The notes under the pieces: model-generated | Databases searched by the model: none | Told to the model about the DNA's origin: nothing | Seen by the model: the letters and a program-made list of their open reading frames with translations, nothing else | DNA from: Candidatus Saccharimonadota bacterium | Lineage (GTDB): Bacteria > Patescibacteriota > Gracilibacteria > BD1-5 > UBA6164 | DNA length: 32,000 bases | Assembly: GCA_004563595.2 (NCBI GenBank) | Contig: CP042461.1 | Coordinates: forward strand, 780,001 to 812,000 | Direction of reading: 5' to 3' | In this document: positions 23,132 through 32,000 of the stretch, in pieces | Layout: the number at the start of each line of letters is the position of its first letter | Numbering within the stretch: position 1 is the stretch's first letter | Position numbers and translations under genes: made by a program

Positions 23132-24571
23132 TTATTTATATAAAAGTTTATAATCATCAATTTCAGCACTCGTAGCACTTAATTCTATAATTGGATTTCA
23201 AACTGACATAATAGTACCATCTCAATAAAAACTTTTTGGAATATCATTTATAAATAATTCTATACTAATTCAAGAAAATATAATCTTCACCGTACTATTA
23301 TTTGGAATAGCTTCAACAAGTGAATCCAAAGAAACCAAACTTCACAAATACATTCTTTCTATATTATATCAATTTGTAGGATGAAGAGTAATTACATAAT
23401 AATTGTTTGCATCGACATAACGAGAATATATCTTTATATCTCCTCATTGGAAATCAGATATTGTCAATTCAAGTATTGTATCTGCAGAAGTAATAGCAGG
23501 AGAAGGTAGAGGAATCACTCATGATCAAGCACTAATTTTTCTTAATTTATTTCAGACAATAGAATATGATCATATACTAGCCCCTGTCCATGATCACAAA
23601 GTATCAGGTACATGAGAAAGCAAAGCTTCATCAGTTCAAAATGTATCACTGAAAAGATTATCAGGTGCAGCATCATTCACTGCTTGAACTAAATCGTTTC
23701 AAATCTTTATTCCATTTTCTTTTAACTTTTCAATTGATCAAAGCTGAAAAGGCGTGGTAAGTGAATGGAAAATTATTTGATCAAATTGTATTTTTCAATT
23801 AAATGTTTGATATGCAAGAGATAACTTAGATATATATGAATTTAATTCTGATAAAGTGGTAACACTACATGAATTTAAAACTTCTGAGATAGTAAAATCG
23901 ACTCATGTAAGTGGAGTATCCACTTGGTCTTGAAAATTTGTTGGAATATTTAAACTCGTATTATAACTAAATTTGTATGTTCCAGCATTTGATAAGATTC
24001 ATCATGCAGGAACATCTGTTATCATCATTGATGGTATTGCTAAATTATAACAAGTACTTCAAGTTTGAACTTTCATATCATACAAATCATATTCTCATGC
24101 AACAAAAGCTTGAGCTTCATTATTTGAAAGCGCATTTGTTTCTGAAATAATGTTATTATTATAAGAAAACAAATCTCCCTCCATAATTCATCCAATCTCA
24201 TATTTTTTTCTTGAACTAGAAACAGAATAATTATACTCTAATTCTAATAAAGGATCAACTGGTTTGTGTGATAAAGTTCCTAAGTTTGTCATAACATTAT
24301 CTCAAAATACTCATTGAGAAAAAACAAGCGCTCATGAGTATGTTATATCCTGAGCATTATCTGCTTGGGGATACTTTCATGTTTTCACTACAAAAATTCA
24401 TAATGCTTGTTTCATAGTTCAAACATCAATAGATCTTACTGAATTTCTTGATTTTTTTGAGTACCCTTGAAGTGATAAAAAAGCTATAGTTCACAAAATC
24501 GCTAATATTGTTATAACAACTATCAACTCAACTATTGTGAAACCCTTTGTAGTATTTCTCATAACTTTGCA
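23132..24571 (-). CDS. large type IV pilin-like protein with C-terminal LamG/ConA-like region (479 aa)
   Basis: Prepilin class III signal ...YEKYYKG/FTIVELIVVITILAILGTIAFLSLQGY (Gly-1, Phe+1, Glu+5), followed by about 440 further residues. The tail ...YVDANNYYVITLHP...VKIIFSGISIELFINDI resembles a LamG-type jelly roll. The start is assigned to TTG 24569-24571, the only canonical start in frame, with GGAGGA 15 nt upstream. The nearby ATG 24561 is out of frame. Confidence 0.8.
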
Positions 24572-24615
24572 AAGTTTTATGATAAGATTCCTCCGTATAG
24601 TATTTTTAATATAAT

Positions 24616-24644
24616 AAAAGTCTAGTATTTTAACTAGACTTTTA
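24616..24644. terminator. hairpin terminator closing the ATP-grasp/MFS/GltS-like operon
   Basis: aaaAGTCTAGtattttaaCTAGACTttt lies 48 nt downstream (minus sense) of the stop at 24692 and upstream of the pilin start. Confidence 0.5.
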
Positions 24645-24691
24645 TACTCGTTGCATTATAAATAATAGGCTATTTTTTGATACATTAGATC

Positions 24692-26374
24692 TTATTTCCT
24701 AATATTCATTTTTAATTGTTCAGCAATATGCTTTTTTTCAAGTAAATGTGGGCTATTCACTCATGAAATTGATGCTACTTGAATTAATCATTTATTATGA
24801 GCTTTCACAAAATTCCCAATTTGTTCTATTTTTTTATCCCAAGTTTGTTTGTATGCTCTTCTATTTTTCTTTTTCATAGTTGCAAGCCCTACAGGACAAT
24901 CTCAATATTCACCTGAACATAAACCAGCTCTAATACACCCTCATGCAATCATTATAGACCTTGCATTTCAAATTGCATCTGCTCAAAGAGCAAGAGCCTT
25001 CGCTGACATAAATGGAGAATAGAGTTTTGCAGATGCAAATACTCTTACCTTATCTCTTACATTATATTCATTGAGAGTTTCAATAGCTATCTGAAGAGCT
25101 TCATATATTTTCTTTCAAAATAATGTAGAAAGGTAAATTGGAGCTGCTCATGACCCACCATCCCCTCAATCAATAGTAATAAAATCTGGTGCTATTTCTG
25201 GATAATCTGCAATTGCTTTTGCGAGTGGTTTAATGTTTGATTTATCTGATATAACTATCTTCATTCACACAGGCTTTCCTCATGCTTTTTCAGAAAGATG
25301 ATCAATAAACTCAAAGAACTCTTTTTCTCATCATTTATTATAAAAGGGGAATCTATTTGGAGATATCAGATCATGTCCTGGCTCTACTCACCTAATTGCA
25401 GCTACCGTTGGATTATTTTTTACAGCTTTTAGTACTCAACCACTTTGTTTTGCTCATTGAGCAAGTTTAATTTCAACCCCTCTACAAAATGACATAATTT
25501 TCTGAAACCTATCCCAATTAAATTCTAAACTTCCATCTGTAGTATGTTTTTTAAGTCCATAGAGTCACGAACCTATTTGTAAAATAACTTGTCAGAAATC
25601 ATCTGTCATATCTTCTACTTTTGGAAAAGCACTTAATGGTGCTGACCAATCAATGGTATAAAATACAAACGAGTCTTTGCAAAATAAATATAAATCAGTT
25701 TTATCTTTTTCTAATAATTGTTTCGCAAATATATCAACGATATGATTTTTTAACCTTGCTCAAGGTGTTAACTTGTAGAGTATTTTTCAAATTTTAGGAA
25801 GTCTAACATATTTAAAATATTTTTTATCTTCACTGAATGGAATCCTTGGAACATGTTGAATCGCAAATCCTCATTCTCCTGTATTGAATGGTGCTTTTGT
25901 GTCAGCACAAGCTGCAGCCATTGCAGAAGTTGCCTCAAAACTAAGAGCTCACAGACTCATCGCACTTCTATATATATATGAACCAAATTGAAATGGGTGT
26001 TTTCTTTTTTCTCATACAATTGGAAATTTTACATCCATTTCATCTGCATTTAATGGAGTTGAAGAGTGAATCATATCATATTGACCATTATGAAGTGTTC
26101 CACTCGAATCAAATTTATCAAATCAAAAATATCCAGTTTTCCCACTTGATACCTTTAAAATCCAATCAATTACAACTCTATTTACAAAATCATTATCATC
26201 CAAAAAATATTGCCTTATAAAAGGTCTTATTTCATGGCCTAAGTATCTGAATCTCCCAATAAGTGGAAAGTTTGCAAGTACTAAATTTTTTGTCTGAAAA
26301 AATCTATCATATATTGCTACACATAATAACAAAGCAATGATAAATCAGATAATTCCTAGAAATATATATAACAT
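24692..26374 (-). CDS. membrane-anchored FMN-binding glutamate-synthase-family oxidoreductase (GltB domain-2 homolog, 560 aa)
   Basis: N-terminal TM segment MLYIFLGIIGFIIALLLCVAIY, then NFPLIGRFRYLGHEIRPFIRQYF. FMN-domain motifs are AMSLGALSFEA, KLAQGAKQSGGVL, DLISPNRFP and ITIDGGDGGSGAAP. The C-terminal stretch is GGCIRAGLCSGEYGDCPVGLATM. The track ORF 26123..26332 is a fragment. Confidence 0.85.
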
Positions 26375-26412
26375 ATATATAATAATTAAAAGGTAAAAAA
26401 ATAATTTTTAAA

Positions 26413-27576
26413 TTATGTTTGTGAACTTCAAAGGGGTTTATACAAAATAAATAATAATGATATTGGTGCTAAGATATAGTATACATACATTAAAGATATT
26501 TCAATACTCCATTTTGTATTATAAAAGATCAAAGCCAAAACTCAAAATATAAAAAATATAAAGAATTGAGAATAATAACTTTTCATCATCATATAACTGT
26601 GGGTATCTACACTTTTTGCCGTATGAAAGAATTGTTTATTAAAAACCAGACGGAAAAACGAAGTGCAAAATGCAATAACCAGAACCAGTAGATAGATAAC
26701 ATAATTATCTTCTAAATTACCTACATATCATCTAAATATCCAGGAAAAGGCATATAATATCACCGCAACATAAAGAAGTTGTTGTCATTGTACCTTATCT
26801 ATTTTTTTCTTTATTCATATAAAAATTACTGAAAAAACAATAGCTAACACAACCACCAAAATTCATAACTTATGATAACTTTGTCCAGTAATTAAAAATA
26901 ATGACAATAACCAAAAAAAACTTTCAAAAAATAAAAATGGTCCGTCTAGCATAAATATATACTTAGACCTTAATCTATCCTTAAAAAGGAATACTTTTTT
27001 GAGAGAAACTGGTGATGCTTGAGAAAATTCTTCCAAATTTTTCACCAATTTCTTATGACTTACAAAGTAATATACCCCGTATGCAGATAACAAGATTGAA
27101 ACTACTAATACATAATCATAGTGATTATTCCCTAAAAGATATGATCAAAGCAAAATCCCTATTTTTACAAGGACAAATGCAATAATTTGAATATTTCAAA
27201 ATTTATCTCATACTTCATGTTTCTCTGTACTCGAAACAAAAAGAACTCTTTTTGTAAGCCAAAAAAAACAATTATATACTCAATATATAATTGAAAATAA
27301 AAATAAAAAAAGGAAATTTTTATCAAGTGTTCAAACACATAATATTCAGATCTCAAGAAAAAAAGAGATGACAATCAGGATTCTTATACCACCTTTGTAT
27401 CTGATTCTATCCCATACAAGCATTGATATAACAAAACTCAGTCACGTAAGTGATATAAAATATGAAATCTCCGAAAGAGAAAATCAATTTTTATATAGAA
27501 ATACTGGAATAAAAAATATGAATAATCATGTTAATATAGAATGGAGTCACAAAAAGTTGTATAATATTTTTTTCAT
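26413..27576 (-). CDS. MFS-type transporter (387 aa)
   Basis: I read it codon by codon, and the frame stays open under table 25 from ATG 27576 to TAA 26413. There are about 10-12 hydrophobic segments. An MFS motif-A-like loop MLVWDRIRYKGGIRILIV (G-x-x-x-D-R-x-G-R/K type) follows TM2. The track ORFs 26863..27093 (in frame) and 27165..27374 (off frame) are a fragment and a shadow respectively. Confidence 0.75.
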
Positions 27577-27607
27577 TTATCCTGTTATCTCATTTAAATA
27601 TAAAGGT

Positions 27608-29365
27608 TTAATATATCCCTCTTCACGTAATATCAAGAGCATCAAGTTTCTCATATAATGGTTTCATATCTGGTTTTTCTCAATATCTTGGATAATTATG
27701 CATTTCAAGATATGGTCTCGAGTTTACTTCTAGGAATATACATTCTTGCTTATCAAAATCTACATCAATTCCCTTTTCCATAATGACATCTATACCAAAT
27801 ACATTCGCTCCAAACGCATCAAGAATTTTAAAAAATATTTCTTTATTTTTTTCAGTGATAGTTTCTACTCCAACTGTTTCGAGTACTCCTCCTGGAGCTA
27901 AAGAAACTCTATGATACATTGTTAATTTCTTCCCTTTTTCTAATATACTATCAAAGTGATAGCCAAATTGTTTCATATGATTTTTTACTCTGCTTCACTT
28001 TTCAATAGTATGAATAACAGGAATTAAATTCATTTTTTCTCTCTCCTTATTTTCTTCATCAATAAGTCTAGAAACTGTTTTTTTTCCATCTCAGATTACA
28101 AAACCGGGGTATCTTTCCATAACTATATCAACCGATCACTTTGTTACTACAACTCTATAATTTTTTCATAATAAATATTGCTCTATAACACTTGATGGCC
28201 ACCAAAGTTTTACAAAAAACATAGCTTTCCAAAAATCTTTATAATTCGTGATTGGAAAGAAGCTCCCGCGCGAGTATCCTCATACGTTTGGTTTTAAAAC
28301 TACAGGAAATCAATGCTGTTGTACAAATTTATAAGCTGTATAGGGATTATAAAATATACTTCCCTTTGCATGAGGAACATCATATTTTTGAAACATCTCT
28401 CTTGCTTGTTTCTTTGATCTACATAATTTTCTCACTTCTAGTGAATTATAATCAGAGCATCCATGTAAAAACTTATCTTCTATAAATTTATATATTAATT
28501 TTTTAATTTTCATAAAGGACTTATTATTATTTAATTTAATTTTATAATGAGTAAATATTTTTCTAAAAAATATAGATTTGTTATTTTCCTTTGGTATATG
28601 TGAAGTCAAAAGAGCTAAACTTTTCGTAAATTTTTTTAGAAACTTGTTCTTTTCAATTTGTAAAATATTCTTATCAAGAAGATGCAAAGGAAATGGAATA
28701 AAAATATTTATTTCAAATATTTCAAATATTCAATCTTTTAAATCCTGAAGACTATGAGATTTTATTCATACCCTCGCTATGTTAAAGTCTCATATTTCTT
28801 TCATGTATCATCTAAATCTTTCTTTCTGAGTCTCACTCCATTTATCTGATATATCATGATATGTCGTATTACAATAAATTCCATTTATAGGATATTTTGA
28901 AGCTTCACTTGGTTTTGCTTCAACCATGCTTTGAAGAGTAATCATATGAGGTTGAATAGGATCCCTTGTATATAATACCTCATATTCATTCTGATATTGA
29001 GAAGTTTCTTGATATATATATGATATATTATCTTTTTTAATTTGCTTTAAACGCCTCACTAATTCTTTTTCAGTCTCTACTACGAATATTCCATGAGAAT
29101 TTTGTCCCCATTCGGGTTTAAAAAAAACAGGAAGTGACATTCTTGATAAAATTTTATTTTTTTGATCTGTTATAGACAAATTACTTTCTATGATATAACT
29201 CTGTAATTTCCACTTATCTGGAATATTATCCTCTATCTCACATTTTGAGTAAATACCTTTTTCATCATTAAAATACTTTGCATTCAACTGAAAAAACCTC
29301 CATGGTCTTGTTTTGATAACCGTGCAGGAATAAATATAGTACAAAATTATTTTTAATCTGAGCAT
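27608..29365 (-). CDS. fused double ATP-grasp ligase (585 aa); C-terminal module is cyanophycin-synthetase-G-domain-like
   Basis: One continuous table-25 frame joins track ORFs 28808..29365, 28310..28687 and 27680..27976. Module 1 (about aa 1-240) has LPVFFKPEWGQNSHGIFVV and FEIFEINIFIPFP (E-x-N). A K/N-rich linker follows. Module 2 (about aa 310-585) has AREMFQKYDVPHAKG, GFPVVLKPNVGGYSRGS, VIEQYLLGKNYRVVVTKGSVDIVMERYPGFVIGDGKKTVSRLIDEEN, LAPGGVLE and CIFLEVNSRPYLEMH (E-x-N). Confidence 0.8.
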
Positions 29366-29383
29366 AATCGGGAAATTTCAGTA

Positions 29384-29911
29384 TTATTTTTTACTTGCTT
29401 CAAAAGCAATTGTTGATGCAGCTTTTCATATATTAGAATTCTCTACATTAATTCAATTGGCTTTAAGAATACGTACCATAGTATCTAAATGATGAGTTTT
29501 ATGTTGAAAATGTGCATATAATATTTCACTTTGATAATTTGTTACTATGTGCACTTTTTTTCAGCTAGGAATAGTATCTATCTTGGTAACATTTTTGGTA
29601 AGGTCAATTTTTTTATATTTAAGCGTGTCAATTATCTGAAAAATCTCGATTTTAAAATCCCTAAAACTCGTTTCTAATAAGCTATCTCTTGTCCTTGTTC
29701 ATGGATAATCAATAATACCTGGCTCTCCATTATATTCTGCTTTTATATATCAATTTATGACAGTATTCATATGATCAACAACATGCCTAACATGTTTTCA
29801 TATTAATTCGTACGATGAATCTGATAAATCATTTAAATAGGATATCTCCTGAAAAATATTCTCTGACTCTATTATTACATCTTCATTTGTTAATGTATTT
29901 TCTTCACTCAT
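29384..29911 (-). CDS. DinB/YfiT-like four-helix-bundle protein (175 aa)
   Basis: The spacing of the His clusters is typical of the DinB_2 superfamily: HVRHVVDHMN near the N-terminus and HFQHKTHHLDTM near the C-terminus. It ends 18 nt before the ATP-grasp ATG. Confidence 0.65.
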
Positions 29912-29983
29912 TGAAACTCAACTCTCTATTCACATAGATTATAAAACTTATATATATATTGTTACTCTTCCTTTTTATACAAC

Positions 29984-30517
29984 CTACATTTTTTTTCAAA
30001 ATCACATTACTTCAATTATTTTCTTAATCATTGTAAAAAGATTCTTGAAATGAGTTACAAATAAGGCAAGTCACAATCCCCAGATTGAGACTGCTGCTCT
30101 AAATAAACTTCCTCCATCATTATTTACTTCTACACCAAGAGGAGTAAATAAATGAAAAAATATAGCTCATGACATGATCATTACTGCTCACAAACCTCAC
30201 AGAGCAAATAGATATTCTGGAACCATCTTTGCCTTGAATAATCATAGTAATTTAGCTATATACATAAGTACAGGAATGATGAGTAATATTGATATAATTA
30301 ACTCTCCTGTTCATATCAGATATGCTCAGTAATTAGTAAATCAATTTCAAATAGTCTCTCAAAAAGTCATACTCATCCACTCTCATATAGTTCAAAAAAT
30401 GTGTTGAGTTTCTGGATCATCAGTAAACTTAAACGTGAGTGAAATCAAAAAGACATATGATATCCAAATAGAGACCAACGAAGTTACCGTTTTTTTAATT
30501 ATAGAACATGTTTTCAT
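29984..30517 (-). CDS. DoxX-like small membrane protein (177 aa)
   Basis: Four hydrophobic segments with the G-ELI pattern (YLIGTGELIISILLIIP; GGLGAVMIMSGAIFFHL). The frame ATG..TAG is open under table 25. The family call is tentative. Confidence 0.5.
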
Positions 30518-30673
30518 AATATAAAAATTAACAAATAATATAAAATTAACATCGTAATAAAATATTTTAAAAAAGCTCTAGCCTATAAGACATTGTAATA
30601 TTATTTTACTAAAACTCAAACGATATTTTATGAGTAAAACTTAAATTAATCTTAATTCCAATTTTTATATTAT

Positions 30674-32000
30674 TTAAATTGCTAATTTATCATCTGCTAC
30701 GAAATATGTTGGGTCTTCAATTACATTAATATCAACAATTTTATCTGCATTCTTGATAAGCTTTCTACAATCTGGTGATAGGTGTTTTAAATGAAGCGTT
30801 TTTCATGCTTTTTCATATTTTTCTGTAAGAGAATCTATAGCTTCAATAGCAGAATGATCCATTACTCTTGAATCAGCAAAATCAATAATAATTTCTTTTG
30901 TATCATTTTTTACATCAAATAATGTTTTGAATTTTGTAATCGAACCAAAGAACACTGGTCAATCTAAGTCATAATGAGTAATATTATCTGAATCAATAAA
31001 CTTTTCTACATGTATACATTCTGCCTTTTCCCAAGCAAAAACTAAAGCTGAAATAATAACTCATGATACCACTGCAAGAGCTAAATCTCAACTTACAACA
31101 GTAATAGTAGTAACCGCAATTATTACAAATGCATCACTTTTTGGAATTTTATTTAACATTTTTATTGTTGGCCATGCAAACGTACCAATTACAACTATAA
31201 ACATAAGCCCTACAAGCGCAGCAAGAGGAATCATTGAAATGTATGCAGTAGCAAAAACAATAAGAAGTATTAAAAATATTGAAGATGAAATTCAAGACAT
31301 TCTCCCCCTTCATCCATTTGATATATTGATCATTGATTGCCCTATCATCGCACACCCTCACATCGCACCGAAAAATCAACAAATAGTATTTGCAATTCAT
31401 TGACCAATTGATTCTCTATTCCCTTTTCATCTTGTTTCAGTAATCTCATCAATAAGAGTTAGAGTCATTAATGATTCTGTTAAACCAATAATAGCAAGAA
31501 TAAACGAATATGGGATAATAATATACAACATCTCTAAAAGTGGTATATCTATAATAGGAATATGGAAGCTTGGAAATGAACCAATCAAACCTGTATAGCC
31601 ATTTTCAGATAAGTATGATGATACCGTTCTTACTCCTTCAAAACCAGGTATAAATAGGACAAGTAATGTAACAAATACAATAGCAACTAATCATGATGGA
31701 ATTGCTTTTGTTAATTTTGGTAAAAAATAAATGATTCACATAGTAAGCAAAATCAAACCTCACATAATGAGGAGTTCTTTTTGAGCCAGCCATTCTCATC
31801 ATACTTTAAATTGCCCGATTTGAGCTAAAAAGATAATGATTGCGAGTCCATTTACAAAACCAAGCATTACAGGATGAGGTATAAGTCTCACGAATTTTGC
31901 TCATCAGAATATTCAAAAAAGTATTTGAATAAGTCACATGAGAATAAGCGTTGCAAAGAGATATTCAATACCATGAGCCAGAACAAGAGAAGTCATTACA
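30674..32000 (-). CDS. SulP-family anion permease with C-terminal STAS domain (N-terminus beyond window end)
   Basis: [17 protein letters not shown], the SulP signature [38 protein letters not shown], and the STAS tail [15 protein letters not shown]...[22 protein letters not shown]...[12 protein letters not shown]. The frame is still open at 32000. The track ORF 31149..31400 is an off-frame shadow. Confidence 0.9.

Noticed and set aside
24559-24561. ATG as the start codon of the pilin gene
   Set aside because: Counting bases shows it is +1 out of frame with KGFTIVEL and hits TAG after 9 codons. A CDS 23132..24561 would be 1430 nt, which is not a multiple of 3. It is kept only as a frameshift hypothesis (see findings).
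27165-27374. Track ORF (69 aa, minus strand) as a separate small membrane protein
   Set aside because: It starts at a TTG and is out of frame with the surrounding sequence. The overlapping frame (lowest codon coordinate = 1 mod 3) is open for 387 codons and gives an MFS-like transporter.
27368-27658. Track ORF (96 aa, + strand) and similar opposite-strand ORFs (e.g. 1273..1503, 9268..9495, 12391..12573, 16906..17232, 25978..26220, 28252..28485, 31149..31400)
   Set aside because: All lie antisense to, or off-frame within, well-supported table-25 genes (ahcY, 3D protein, grpE, tatD, GltS-like, ATP-grasp, SulP). Their composition is low-complexity, as expected for shadow ORFs in AT-rich DNA.
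28703-28735. Tandem ATTTCAAAT duplication
   Set aside because: It lies inside the ATP-grasp CDS and simply encodes EIFEIF next to the E-x-N motif. It is in frame with no sign of a regulatory or mobile function.
28808-29365. Absence of any TGA codon in the first 185 codons of the ATP-grasp gene as a sign of recent horizontal transfer from a standard-code organism
   Set aside because: This stretch contains only about four Gly residues, so zero TGA is not statistically remarkable, and its base composition matches the rest of the window.

Overview
This is a strongly AT-rich, gene-dense bacterial chromosomal segment that only reads sensibly under translation table 25 (UGA = Gly), the code of Gracilibacteria/Absconditabacteria in the CPR. 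The supplied standard-code ORF track is fragmented because in-frame TGA codons sit at invariant glycines. Examples are AhcY GYGDVGKG and the PilB Walker A CGGTGSGKTT, which has three TGA codons. TGG is still used for Trp, and real stops are TAA/TAG. I re-translated both strands by hand, reading through TGA, and checked that every CDS length is a multiple of 3. That gives about 34 CDSs with short intergenic gaps, and several convergent gene pairs share A-tract/hairpin/T-tract terminators. No rRNA, tRNA, CRISPR array or mobile element is visible. The housekeeping genes are ahcY plus a PfkB kinase, mraY, tilS, grpE, xth, uvrC, tatD, a CPA2 antiporter and a partial SulP/STAS permease. The accessory content worth a second look is: (i) a 5-gene minus-strand cluster, DoxX-like / DinB-like / fused double ATP-grasp ligase / MFS transporter / membrane-anchored FMN glutamate-synthase-like oxidoreductase (24692-30517); (ii) a surface module with a 479-aa type IV pilin (TTG start, possible leader frameshift) followed by a membrane-anchored protein carrying 40 perfect 9-bp repeats that encode (Pro-Thr-Asp)40; (iii) a short PilB/GspE-type ATPase co-transcribed with an unknown acidic protein; (iv) two tandem secreted 3D-domain/peptidoglycan-binding paralogs with shuffled domain order; (v) a SUKH(SMI1/KNR4)-MazG-unknown mini-operon. 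All functional calls come from motif recognition by eye; no database search was run.
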